From a virus (lineage: Duplodnaviria; Caudoviricetes), in the IMG/VR virus record IMGVR_UViG_3300046001_003713, positions 1-27,965 of that record: a stretch of 27,965 bases of DNA; one strand, 5' to 3'. A program made the position numbers and the translations under genes. The notes under the pieces were generated by a model. The model was given only the letters and a program-made list of their open reading frames with translations. It was not told the DNA's origin and searched no databases. Positions 17,053 through 26,797 of this stretch are shown piece after piece (within the stretch, counting starts at the first letter, position 1; the number at the start of each line of letters is the position of its first letter).

Positions 17053-20000
17053 ATGCCACAGAAAACCAATTTAAATATAAATCCTTATTACGACGATTTT
17101 AATAAGGACAATAATTTTTATAAAGTTTTATTTAAGCCAGGATACCCAGTACAGGCTAGAGAATTAACAACTTTACAATCTATCTTACAAAACCAGATAG
17201 AGTCCTTTGGAAGTCATATCTTCAAAGAGGGATCTATGGTGATCCCCGGAAGCGTTAATTATGATTCCGAGTACTATTCAATTAGATTAAATCAAGATCA
17301 TCTAGGTATTCCAGTTTCCCTTTATGTTGAGAATTTGGTAGGGAAGCGTCTAACAGGTCAAGATTCTGGAGTAACAGTAGTCGTTGATAAGTATTTACTT
17401 CCTTCAGAATCAACAGAGATTACCGATTTAACTCTTTTTATTAAATATTTAAATTCTGGATCAGATAACGTTGTCAAAACATTGAATGACGGTGAAGTTT
17501 TAATAACGGAAGAATCATTCGTCTACGGAAATACTTCAATCAACGCAGGCGATACTGTAGCAACATTGGTATCATTGAACGCATCCGCGATTGGGTGTGC
17601 CGTAGGAGTATCACAGGGTGTTTATTTTATCAGAGGAACTTTCGTAGATGTAGCGACTGATAAAATTGTACTCGATCCATATTCAAATACACCATCATAT
17701 AGAGTTGGTTTAAATATTTTAGAAGAAATCGTAACTGCTAAAGACGATTCCTCACTTTATGACAATGCCAGAGGATTTTCAAATTTTGCAGCTCCTGGGG
17801 CAGATAGATTAAAGATTTCTACTGTCTTATCAAAAAAACCACTAACTGATTTTGATGATAAAAGTTTTGTAGAATTAATTAGACTTGATAATGGTGAAGT
17901 TAAAAAACTTCAAAACAAATCAGAATATTCGGTTATTAAAGATTATTTTGCCAAGAGAACTTATGAAGAGTCTGGAGATTATTCCATTGATAAGTTCAAT
18001 ATTCAGGTTGCCAATTCTTTAAATGATGGCATTTCAAATGAAGGAATATATTTACCAACACAAACAACTGACTCTGGAAATATTCCTAATGATGATTTGA
18101 TGTGTATCAAAGTATCTCCTGGAAAAGCATATGTAAGGGGATTTGATATTGAAAAACAAGCAACAACTATATTAGATGCTGATAAACCTAGAGATAAGGC
18201 AACTGTTGACACATCTCTAGTCCCATTTGAGATGGGTAATTTATTAAGGGTTAATAATGTAACTGGAACTCCATTTGTTGGTATTAACACAAGTAATAAT
18301 ACTGTTACATTCTTTAATCAAAGAAAGGCATCTGAAGGGTCTGGAACTGGTGATGAGATTGGACAAGCTAGGGTATACTCTTTTAGTTTAAGTGATGCTC
18401 CATATTCGAATGATGCTTCTGAATGGGAATTATATCTTTTTGACGTACAAACGTTTACTAAATTAACTTTAAATCAAAGTCTAAATTCTAGTCAGTGCCC
18501 AGCAACATCTTATATCAGAGGAGTCAGCAGTGGAGCTTCTGGATATGTTGTTTCGGCAGCATCTGGAGTAGATATAACAATAACACAAACTTCCGGAACT
18601 TTCATTGCCGGTGAACAAATTCTTATTAATGAGTCAACTGAATATTCAAGAAGTGTTAAAAGTGTAAGAGTATTTAATACACAAGATATTAAATCTGTTT
18701 TTCAAAGTTCGACTTCTATTTCTTCTGGAATAAAAACATCATTTGTTGCTGATACGGTTCTTCAAAGAATTTCTCCATCAGGATTTAATATTACTGATAG
18801 ATTAACAATCACTGGTGGAACTAGTGCTGGATCAGTAACTTGCCCCGGTAAAAACTTTTTAGGAATTAGAAGTGATGCCATTATCAGATATCAAGTATCT
18901 GGTCTGTCAACAGAAACTTACAACAGGGTAGTTTCAGTTTCTAGTGATGGTCTAACTATGACTGTTGCTGGTATTTCAAGCGTATTTGGGGTATGTAATG
19001 GCGGATTACCATCGTCAACTCAATCTGTAACATTTTCTATTGGTGCTCCAAATATTACCAATGATGAAAGTGCTGGACTTTATGCCCCATTAGATGCTTC
19101 AAACATTTCGGATGTATCTTTAGCAAATTCAAATCTATTAGTAACTAGCCAACTTCGTGAACTAACAACTAATTCTGTTGGATCCTTAAGTGTTGATGTA
19201 ACATCCACTGGTATTTCTAGTGCTTTCTTTGAAACATTTGATGCTGAAAGATATTCAATTCACTATTCTAATGGTGATGTTGAAGATTTGACGGGAGATC
19301 AATTCACATTAAACTCAAATGGATCTCAAATTGTATTTTCTGGGTTAAGAGTAAGTCAATCTTCAAACGTAACACTCAATGCTACGGTAAGAAAGAATCA
19401 AATCAGAAATAAACAAAAAGATTTCAACAGAAGTCAAAAAATAATTGTTAATAAATCAATTTCTGGGATCTCTACTGCTTTAAGTGGATTAAGTACTAAT
19501 CAATTTTACGGATTGAGAGTTCAAGATAAAGAGATTTCTTTGAACGTTCCAGATGTTGTCAATATTGTTGGAGTTTATGAATCTCTAGATACATCAAACC
19601 CAACTCTAGACAAGTTAACATTTGTCTCTGGACTATCACTGGATACCAATTCAATTTTAGGTGAAAGAATAGTAGCATCTACTAGTGGAGCGATTGCTCA
19701 ACTTGCCACCAGATCATCTGCGACAGAAGTAGAAATTTGTTATTTGACTCCCCAAACATTTACAGTTGGAGAAACAGTAACATTTGAAGAATCCAATATT
19801 GTAACTAATATCCAATCTATAACAGTAGGTAATTATTTAAATATTACAAACAGATTTGATCTCGATAAGGGACAGAGAGAGCAATATTATGATTATTCCA
19901 GAATAGTAAGAAAACTAAATTTCCCAGAACCAACAAGAAAGTTACTGATCGTATATAATTCTTATAGCGTACCATCAAACGATCTTGGAGATCTATATAC

Positions 20001-23000
20001 CGTCGAATCTTACAGTCAAGAAAGATTCACTAATGATGTTCCAATTTTGAGAAACTCTTTGAGATCTACCGACACTCTGGACTTTAGACCAAGAGTGGCA
20101 GAATTTACATCAACAACATCTTCACCATTTTCTTTTGCGAGCAGATCTTTTGGTTCTTCCGGAAATAATCCTACTCTAGTCGTCACACCTAATGAAAGTT
20201 CTCTGATTGGGTATAGTTACTACTTACCTAGAATTGATAAACTTGTTCTCGATAGTCTGGGCAATTTCTCATTAATTAAAGGTGTATCGTCTTTAGATCC
20301 TAAAGAACCAACAAATGTAGAAAGTGCGATGGATATTGCCACCATCAATCTTCCAGCATATTTGTATAATCCAGATGATGCTGTAATAACTCTCGTTGAT
20401 AATAGAAGATATACAATGAGAGATATTGGAAAATTGGATGATAGGATTTCAAATTTAGAGACTGTTACATCTTTAAGTCTACTTGAACTGGACACAAAAA
20501 CATTACAAGTTCAAGATGCTGATGGACTTTCAAGATTCAAATCTGGATTCTTTGTAGATGACTTTAAAAATAATAATTTATTAGATTTACTCAATCCTGA
20601 TTGTAAATGTGATATTGATGTAAAGAATCAAGAATTAAATACTCCTTTAGATTTTTATTCCCTAAAACCAGAACTATCTTTATTACCATCAATTAATACA
20701 GATACTGCTGACTTTTCGGCAAATCTTGAATTATTGGATTCAAATGTTAGAAAAACTGGTGATCTAGTTACATTAGACTATGAAGAAACTGGGTGGATTG
20801 AACAACCTCTAGCATCTAGAGTTGAAAATGTCAATCCATTCAATATGATTGAATTTGTTGGTAGAGTTCAATTAAGTCCAGCTTCAGACAACTGGGTTAG
20901 AAATGTATTTGTCAGTGGTGGTGAAAGAACAATTACTGGAGACTTTGATGGATCTTATGTAGAAACAATCAAGATAAGTAGTGAACCAGATACTCATATT
21001 CGTTCTAGAAACGTAGCCTTTGGTGGTGGTGGATTGAAGCCAATTACAAGATATTATCCATTCTTTGATAGCACAAGTGGAATTGATATTGTTCCTAAAC
21101 TTCTCGAAATTACAATGACTTCTGGAATATTCCAGAATAGTGAAACTGTAGATGGCTTTGTTGGTGGTACTAGGGTCATAACTTTTAGAACTTGCCAACC
21201 AAATCATAAGACTGGTGACATTAATAATCCAACAACAACATTTAATGCAAATCCATATAACACATCAATTAGTCTACCTACAACATATTCAGCTTCTTCT
21301 ACAGTTCTAAACGTAGATGTTGCTTCATTATCCGAAGAAGCACAAGGAAGATTCAATGGATATGTTACGATAGGAACTGTTTTAGTTGGTAGGACAAGTG
21401 GTGCTCAAGCATCTGTTTCGGATATCAGATTAGTTTCTGATACTTTTGGAGATCTTGGTGGATCATTCTTCTTTAAAGATCCTTTAGCGTCTCCACCTCC
21501 TCCATTAAGATTTAGAACAGGAACCAAAACATTTAAACTTACTTCTAGTTCAACAAATTCGTCTCCTTTACCCGGAAGCTTGTTGATTAGTAGTGCTGAA
21601 ACTAGCTACAATACCAGTGGTATTGTAGATACATTTAGACAAACTGACGTTATTGTAAGAAGACCACCCCCACCACCACCGCCACCACCAGCACAGAATA
21701 ATCGTGGCGGTGGAAAAGATCCTCTAGCTCAAACATTTACTGTTGATGAAACAGGAGCATTCTTAACCTCTGTTGACCTATTCTTCGCAAGCAAAGATCA
21801 AAATGAAAAAGTTACTGTTGAGTTAAGAACGGTAGAACTTGGAACTCCAACGGATCAATTAGTTCAAGACTTCGCAAGAGTTACTCTTGAGCCATCTCAG
21901 GTTAATACATCAACAGATGGATCAGTAGCAACAAGAGTTACTTTCCCATCTCCAGTATATTTGCAACCAGGAGAAGAGTATGCGATTGTAATTCTTTCAC
22001 CATCATCAAATAATTATGAGAGTTGGATTGCCAGAATGGGTGAAAGAACAGTAGATACTCAAAATCTACCTGACGCTGAAAGTGTAATTGTAACTAAACA
22101 ATATCTTGGAGGTAGCCTCTTTAAGTCTCAAAATGGAACTATTTGGACACCTAGCCAATTTGAAGATCTCAAATTTAAACTCTACAAGGCACAATTTACA
22201 CAAAACCTTGGTACTGTTTCTTTCTACAATCCTAAACTTGGAACTAGAAATAGTCAGACTCCAAGACTTTCCCCAAATCCAGTCAAAACTCTTCCAAGAA
22301 AATTAAAAGTTGGAATTACAACTACCACCACAATGGGTAGTATTTTAATTCCAGGAAGAAAAGTTGGGGAGGGTAGTTCAACTGGTCCTTATGGATATAT
22401 TGAGAAGATTGGAAGTAAAGTTTCCGCTCTTTCCTTGACTAATGCTGGTGTTGGATATTCTAATGGTACATTCTCTGGTGTTTCTCTTTATAGTGTATCT
22501 GGAAATGGATCAGGTGCTATTGGAGTTGTAACTGTATCATCAAATGTTGTTTCCGCTGTTTCCATAACTACTCCAGGAAATGGATATGCTATTGGTGATG
22601 TTTTAGGGGTTACAACCAGTAGCGTTGTTAAAGGTTCAAATGCGACTGTCACCGTTTCAAATATTGATGGTGTTGATACTCTTTACCTTACAAATGTACA
22701 GGGAGAAGAATTTACCAGCGGTCAAGATCTAATCTATTATGATAATGGCGCTGCGGTTTCTCTAGCAAATACAGATGTTAGAGGATCATCATCTCTGATC
22801 AGTAATCTTTATGACGGTAGAGTAATTGAGGTTGATCATTATAATCACGGTATGATGGCAGATAACAATAAAGTTACTCTGGCAGATATTGAACCAAATA
22901 CTCCTCCTATATTACTTACTGCCAATCTTGCAATTGACTCAACAACTATTTCAGTTGCCAATACTTCAACTTTTGCAACTTTTGAAGGCATTTCAACATC

Positions 23001-24138
23001 AACTGGATATGTCAAGATTAATAATGAAATTATTTACTATAATAGTATTGGTTCAGGAACACTTGGAATTGGAACCAGAGGAATAGACAGTTCTTCTGTT
23101 AGAACACATAATGTTAATGATCTTTGCTATAAGTATGAACTCAATGGTATATCTCTGACAAAAATTAATACTACACATGATATGCCAACAGATTCTGCAT
23201 TGAAGGCATCCAAAAATATTGATAAGTACTATTTACAAATTAATCGATCAAACAGACCTGCAGGCGATACTCAATTAAGCTTCACTGATGAGAGATCACT
23301 TGGTGGAACAAATGTATTTGCCTCTCAAAACTTCCAATATAATGCGATTATTCCACAATTTAATGTAATCACTCCTGGTGATACTACCTTCATAAACGCA
23401 CAATTAAGATCCGTATCTGGAACTAGTGCTGGTGGATCTGAAATTTCCTTCATTGATCAGGGATATGAACCAGTTGAATTAAATCAAATTAATAGACTTT
23501 CTTCTACAAGACTTGTCTGCTCTGAAATAAATGAGACGAATAGATTAACAGATCTACCAAAAAATAGATCTACCACTTTAGCAGTTCAATTCAGTTCACA
23601 AGATCCTAATCTATCTCCAGTTTTGGATACTCAAAATGGCGTTCTTATTCTTGAAAGAAATAGAATAAATTCACCAATCACAAACTATGTAACTGATTCT
23701 AGAGTTAAGTTAATTTCTGGAGATCCACATTCGGCAGTTTACATTTCAAATAGAGTCGATCTTAAGCAACCAGCAACATCATTAAAAGTTCTTGTTTCTG
23801 CTTATAGACATTCTTCAGCAGACTTTAGAGTTCTGTATAGACTCTTTAGACCAGACTCTAGTGAAGTTGAGCAAGCGTATGAATTATTCCCAGGATATGA
23901 TAATCTTAAGGATTTGAATGGTGATGGTTTTGGTGAGACAATTATTGATTCAACTCTCAATAGTGGTAGAGCAGATGCTTTTGTTCCATCAAGTAGGGAT
24001 AATCAATTCCTAGAGTATCAATTTAGTGCTGATAATCTTGACAAATTTACTGGATTTGCTATTAAGATTGTATGTTCTGGAACTAATGAAGCATATGCTC
24101 CAAGATTTAAAGATTTAAGAGTAATTGCTTTAGCATGA
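17053..24138 (+). CDS. Large virion structural protein, VrlC-like / DUF4815 family (2361 aa)
   Basis: N-terminus TNLN..PYYDDF....FYKVLFKPG.PVQARELT.LQSILQNQ, plus APGADRLKI, RTYEESGDY, YYLPRIDK, NRRYTMRDIG, RFKSGFFVDDF, DPLAQTF and the C-terminal P..KDLR.IALA. Typical position after gp8 in cyanomyoviruses. Confidence 0.85.
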   Translation: MPQKTNLNINPYYDDFNKDNNFYKVLFKPGYPVQARELTTLQSILQNQIESFGSHIFKEGSMVIPGSVNYDSEYYSIRLNQDHLGIPVSLYVENLVGKRLTGQDSGVTVVVDKYLLPSESTEITDLTLFIKYLNSGSDNVVKTLNDGEVLITEESFVYGNTSINAGDTVATLVSLNASAIGCAVGVSQGVYFIRGTFVDVATDKIVLDPYSNTPSYRVGLNILEEIVTAKDDSSLYDNARGFSNFAAPGADRLKISTVLSKKPLTDFDDKSFVELIRLDNGEVKKLQNKSEYSVIKDYFAKRTYEESGDYSIDKFNIQVANSLNDGISNEGIYLPTQTTDSGNIPNDDLMCIKVSPGKAYVRGFDIEKQATTILDADKPRDKATVDTSLVPFEMGNLLRVNNVTGTPFVGINTSNNTVTFFNQRKASEGSGTGDEIGQARVYSFSLSDAPYSNDASEWELYLFDVQTFTKLTLNQSLNSSQCPATSYIRGVSSGASGYVVSAASGVDITITQTSGTFIAGEQILINESTEYSRSVKSVRVFNTQDIKSVFQSSTSISSGIKTSFVADTVLQRISPSGFNITDRLTITGGTSAGSVTCPGKNFLGIRSDAIIRYQVSGLSTETYNRVVSVSSDGLTMTVAGISSVFGVCNGGLPSSTQSVTFSIGAPNITNDESAGLYAPLDASNISDVSLANSNLLVTSQLRELTTNSVGSLSVDVTSTGISSAFFETFDAERYSIHYSNGDVEDLTGDQFTLNSNGSQIVFSGLRVSQSSNVTLNATVRKNQIRNKQKDFNRSQKIIVNKSISGISTALSGLSTNQFYGLRVQDKEISLNVPDVVNIVGVYESLDTSNPTLDKLTFVSGLSLDTNSILGERIVASTSGAIAQLATRSSATEVEICYLTPQTFTVGETVTFEESNIVTNIQSITVGNYLNITNRFDLDKGQREQYYDYSRIVRKLNFPEPTRKLLIVYNSYSVPSNDLGDLYTVESYSQERFTNDVPILRNSLRSTDTLDFRPRVAEFTSTTSSPFSFASRSFGSSGNNPTLVVTPNESSLIGYSYYLPRIDKLVLDSLGNFSLIKGVSSLDPKEPTNVESAMDIATINLPAYLYNPDDAVITLVDNRRYTMRDIGKLDDRISNLETVTSLSLLELDTKTLQVQDADGLSRFKSGFFVDDFKNNNLLDLLNPDCKCDIDVKNQELNTPLDFYSLKPELSLLPSINTDTADFSANLELLDSNVRKTGDLVTLDYEETGWIEQPLASRVENVNPFNMIEFVGRVQLSPASDNWVRNVFVSGGERTITGDFDGSYVETIKISSEPDTHIRSRNVAFGGGGLKPITRYYPFFDSTSGIDIVPKLLEITMTSGIFQNSETVDGFVGGTRVITFRTCQPNHKTGDINNPTTTFNANPYNTSISLPTTYSASSTVLNVDVASLSEEAQGRFNGYVTIGTVLVGRTSGAQASVSDIRLVSDTFGDLGGSFFFKDPLASPPPPLRFRTGTKTFKLTSSSTNSSPLPGSLLISSAETSYNTSGIVDTFRQTDVIVRRPPPPPPPPPAQNNRGGGKDPLAQTFTVDETGAFLTSVDLFFASKDQNEKVTVELRTVELGTPTDQLVQDFARVTLEPSQVNTSTDGSVATRVTFPSPVYLQPGEEYAIVILSPSSNNYESWIARMGERTVDTQNLPDAESVIVTKQYLGGSLFKSQNGTIWTPSQFEDLKFKLYKAQFTQNLGTVSFYNPKLGTRNSQTPRLSPNPVKTLPRKLKVGITTTTTMGSILIPGRKVGEGSSTGPYGYIEKIGSKVSALSLTNAGVGYSNGTFSGVSLYSVSGNGSGAIGVVTVSSNVVSAVSITTPGNGYAIGDVLGVTTSSVVKGSNATVTVSNIDGVDTLYLTNVQGEEFTSGQDLIYYDNGAAVSLANTDVRGSSSLISNLYDGRVIEVDHYNHGMMADNNKVTLADIEPNTPPILLTANLAIDSTTISVANTSTFATFEGISTSTGYVKINNEIIYYNSIGSGTLGIGTRGIDSSSVRTHNVNDLCYKYELNGISLTKINTTHDMPTDSALKASKNIDKYYLQINRSNRPAGDTQLSFTDERSLGGTNVFASQNFQYNAIIPQFNVITPGDTTFINAQLRSVSGTSAGGSEISFIDQGYEPVELNQINRLSSTRLVCSEINETNRLTDLPKNRSTTLAVQFSSQDPNLSPVLDTQNGVLILERNRINSPITNYVTDSRVKLISGDPHSAVYISNRVDLKQPATSLKVLVSAYRHSSADFRVLYRLFRPDSSEVEQAYELFPGYDNLKDLNGDGFGETIIDSTLNSGRADAFVPSSRDNQFLEYQFSADNLDKFTGFAIKIVCSGTNEAYAPRFKDLRVIALA
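21664..21690 (+). repeat. CCN trinucleotide run encoding nine prolines
   Basis: cca ccc cca cca cca ccg cca cca cca, in frame in the VrlC-like gene. Confidence 0.95.
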
Positions 24139-24335
24139 TTCCCGTTGAAGGTCATAAAAATCTCTATAGAGATGAAAAATCTGGTGCTATTGTTAATTAT
24201 GATACATTGGGATATTCTCAATATATTAAAATGAAATCTGAAAAGCAAAAGCAAAAGGAAGAAATTGACCAAATTAAAACAGATATTGAAGAAATTAAAT
24301 CTTTACTGAAGGAGATTATCAATGGATCCAAATGA
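24135..24335 (+). CDS. Small conserved hypothetical protein with a coiled-coil C-terminus (66 aa)
   Basis: ATGA overlap with the upstream stop. VEGH.NLYRD..SGAIVN N-terminus. Heptad-like EEIDQIKTDIEEIKSLLKEI. Confidence 0.8.
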   Translation: MIPVEGHKNLYRDEKSGAIVNYDTLGYSQYIKMKSEKQKQKEEIDQIKTDIEEIKSLLKEIINGSK

Positions 24336-24510
24336 AATAAAACTTGACGATATCAATAAATTATTTGAATATGAAATGCAATCTAGAGAAATTGATGATT
24401 GTAACGATATCAATCAACTTAGACTAATGCTTAAGACCTCTATCAAGCTTTATATGAAGCAACAAGAGGTAATTCATAGTCTTGGTAATCTTGGATTTGG
24501 TCAAGTATAA
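24322..24510 (+). CDS. Small hypothetical protein (62 aa)
   Basis: SD AGGAG about 7 nt upstream. Overlaps the previous gene end. Helical-looking sequence. Confidence 0.75.
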   Translation: MDPNEIKLDDINKLFEYEMQSREIDDCNDINQLRLMLKTSIKLYMKQQEVIHSLGNLGFGQV

Positions 24511-24513
24511 ATA
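24506..24513 (+). promoter_or_regulatory. T4-type late promoter TATAAATA
   Basis: Exact consensus overlapping the stop at 24510, 27 nt before ATG 24541. Confidence 0.8.
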
Positions 24514-24540
24514 TATTTTAGATCCTGAAGTTTTTTATAA

Positions 24541-24882
24541 ATGGCAGCCGTTTATGTAAGTAATCTAGTCGTAAACACTGGTACTACATTTACTCAAACA
24601 TTTTCATTAGAAAATAGTGATTCTAGTTCCTCATTAAATTTGGGTGGATACATAGTATCTGCTCAAATGAGAAAACATGCTGGTAGTTCAGCATATACTT
24701 CATTTACTGCATCAATTTTAAATCCTTCCGCAGGAACAATTAAAGTTGGACTGGGAACTACTACAACTGCCTCCCTTAAACCAGGTCGTTATGTTTATGA
24801 TGTTTTGATAACAGATAATTCTGGAGTAATAACTAGAGTTGTTGAGGGATCCGTTCTAGTTAGAGAAGGAGTAACTCGCTAA
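24541..24882 (+). CDS. Small virion structural protein, BppU-N/Ig-like beta fold (113 aa)
   Basis: G.TF...F, LNL.GY...AQMRK, G.I...L....TASLKPGRYVYDV and RVVEG...VREGVT. This pattern is common in cyanophage structural modules. Confidence 0.7.
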   Translation: MAAVYVSNLVVNTGTTFTQTFSLENSDSSSSLNLGGYIVSAQMRKHAGSSAYTSFTASILNPSAGTIKVGLGTTTTASLKPGRYVYDVLITDNSGVITRVVEGSVLVREGVTR

Positions 24883-25112
24883 TGGCAGACATTAGAGTTA
24901 GAGTTGGTCAGCAAAACGCAGTTAAAGTTGTATCATCTTTAGCTGGAACTAAAGAAATTTCTTTAGGTGATTTGACAGATGTAAACTTACCTCCCGCAGT
25001 ATTAAATGGGATGGTTCTTGTTTATAACTCCACCACCCAAAAATGGGATGCAACATTAGACTTAACCCCAGGAACAACACAGAATTTAGACATCAACGGA
25101 GGTAGCTTTTAA
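24882..25112 (+). CDS. Small hypothetical, probably structural (76 aa), ending in DINGGSF
   Basis: TAATG overlaps at both ends and SD AAGGAG upstream. The L.DL.DV...NG.VLVYN....KW motif is of the type found in phage fibre proteins. Confidence 0.75.
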   Translation: MADIRVRVGQQNAVKVVSSLAGTKEISLGDLTDVNLPPAVLNGMVLVYNSTTQKWDATLDLTPGTTQNLDINGGSF

Positions 25113-26794
25113 TGGCAAGTATTATTAGGATTAAAAGATCCTCTGGTACTAGTATACCTGGAAGTCTGCAGTGGGGTGAATTAGCATATGTAACTGGTAT
25201 TGGTAGTGCTACAGGAACTAACCAAAATAGAGACAGAATTTATGTTGGTGACGATGGAACTAATGTAGTATCTGTTGCTGGACGTTATTACACGTCCATG
25301 ATGGACCACGTTCCAGGAACTGTTGCTGGAGTTACAAACACTCGCAATAGTGATGGTGGAATTGTTGTTATTCTTGATAACACAAGAAAAGTAGATCAGT
25401 GGAATGTTGATAATTTAAGATTAGATGGAAATACATTTTCTTCACAGAATACTGATGGAGACATTGTATTAGATCCGAATGGAACTGGTGAAATCAACAT
25501 AGTTGATGATACTTATTTGAGTTTTGGTACTGATAAAGATGTAAAGTTACGATACGACGAAGCTACTGATAATAGATTTGAAATCGAAGGGGCAGACTGG
25601 GCATTTGCCAATGGTGTTTCCATTAATATTGGAGATGTAACAGATTCAACTACTAAAGATAATGGTGCTCTTGTAGTTGAAGGTGGCGTTGGAATTGAGA
25701 AAAACCTCAATGTTGGTGGAAATGCTACTGTTGCTGGGGTCTCAACCTTTACTGGAAGTGTGACCATTGGTGACGTAAAAATTAATCAAAATATAATTTC
25801 CACAGTTCCAGGATCAAATGGGATTCTGTATATTGATCCATATCCAGATGGATTAAGTAATGAAGGAACTGTCGTTATTAAAGGTGATTTGCAGGTTGAT
25901 GGTACAACTACCTCTGTAAATTCTACTGTTGTATCAATCAACGATCCAATCATCGTTCTTGGTGATGTAACCAGTAAGAGAACGGTTATGGCACCAGTTG
26001 CCACCGGTGTCTCAACAATTACACTCGATTCCGTAATTGGTATTAATACTGGTGATACTATTCAGGGTAGTGCTTCATTACCAAATAGTGGACTAACCAC
26101 TATTACTGGATATAACACCACAACAAAAATCATCACTATCCAGGGTTCCACTACAGCAGGAATCACTACAACTACACAACTAACGATTACTCACGCTTTT
26201 GATACCAATACCGACAGAGGTATTGCGTTTGATTATAACACTGGTGTAGGAACGGCAAATAACAAAACTGGATTCTTTGGTTATATTGACGGAACTAATG
26301 TTGGTAGTGCGGCAACTTCAAGATCTTGGACTTATATTCCAGATGCTGCCATTGTTTCAAATGGTGTAGTCACAGGAACAAGAGGTTACCTTGATATTAA
26401 AGGTATTTACTACCAAACTGGTGATTTTAATACTCATGGTATTGTATATTTTGATGTTGATGGATTACAAACTTCTACAAATAATCCAGCATCCCCAACT
26501 TTAACATCAAAGCAAATTTTAACTGCGATTACTGAAATCAATTTAACTTTCGGAAGTTCTGTATCCGTTACGCAAGGTGACTTAATTTTACAAGAGACAA
26601 GTGGAGCATATGGTGTTGTTAAAACTACGGCAAACTCATCAACGATCACATTAGTTGGAGTTGAAGGAACTTTTACAAATACTTATAACCTATTAAAAAA
26701 TAGTGTAAGTATGTCAATAATTCCAACTAGCGCAATAACCATATATACAAATAAACCAACCTGGACTTCAACCTTAGATGGAGGAACATTCTAA
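25112..26794 (+). CDS. Tail fibre-like / baseplate-associated structural protein (560 aa)
   Basis: N-terminal IRIKRSSG...P..L.WGELAY (fibre attachment-type motif), GALVVEGGVGIEKNLNVGG, V.IKGDLQVDGTTTSVNST, D.GI.F.Y...GFFG. T/G-rich. SD GGAGGT. Confidence 0.7.
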   Translation: MASIIRIKRSSGTSIPGSLQWGELAYVTGIGSATGTNQNRDRIYVGDDGTNVVSVAGRYYTSMMDHVPGTVAGVTNTRNSDGGIVVILDNTRKVDQWNVDNLRLDGNTFSSQNTDGDIVLDPNGTGEINIVDDTYLSFGTDKDVKLRYDEATDNRFEIEGADWAFANGVSINIGDVTDSTTKDNGALVVEGGVGIEKNLNVGGNATVAGVSTFTGSVTIGDVKINQNIISTVPGSNGILYIDPYPDGLSNEGTVVIKGDLQVDGTTTSVNSTVVSINDPIIVLGDVTSKRTVMAPVATGVSTITLDSVIGINTGDTIQGSASLPNSGLTTITGYNTTTKIITIQGSTTAGITTTTQLTITHAFDTNTDRGIAFDYNTGVGTANNKTGFFGYIDGTNVGSAATSRSWTYIPDAAIVSNGVVTGTRGYLDIKGIYYQTGDFNTHGIVYFDVDGLQTSTNNPASPTLTSKQILTAITEINLTFGSSVSVTQGDLILQETSGAYGVVKTTANSSTITLVGVEGTFTNTYNLLKNSVSMSIIPTSAITIYTNKPTWTSTLDGGTF

Positions 26795-26797
26795 TTT

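Noticed and set aside
10209-23086. Alternate-frame plus-strand ORFs 10209-10415, 22106-22306 and 22889-23086
   Set aside because: Nested out of frame in gp7 or the VrlC-like gene, with Leu/Gln-rich shadow composition and no convincing RBS.
23550-23575. 10-bp direct repeat AGATCTACCA
   Set aside because: Only two copies, in coding sequence and in different frames. Not CRISPR-like or att-like.
3599-24138. Inteins, introns or homing endonucleases explaining the giant ORFs
   Set aside because: No Hint/intein terminal motifs and no LAGLIDADG, HNH or GIY-YIG signatures recognised. Length is explained by repeat domains.
24536-24543. TATAAATG and other near-consensus late promoters inside genes (TATAAATT, TATAAATC)
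   Set aside because: They mismatch the conserved final A, overlap a start codon or lie mid-gene, and are expected in AT-rich DNA.
25101-25114. Programmed frameshift fusing the 76-aa ORF to the 560-aa fibre at AGCTTTTAATG
   Set aside because: No canonical X XXY YYZ slippery heptamer. The +1 frame soon hits a stop. A good SD and TAATG overlap explain re-initiation.
1836-26649. Short minus-strand ORFs in the track (e.g. 1836-2057, 13366-13548, 18003-18290, 20884-21207, 24018-24272, 25513-25767)
   Set aside because: They lie antisense to long, well-supported genes, show no recognisable motifs, and are expected shadows of codon bias.
25112-26794. Diversity-generating retroelement target (fibre with tropism-determinant-like N-terminus)
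   Set aside because: No reverse transcriptase, no template/variable repeat pair, and no lectin-like variable C-terminus visible in the window.
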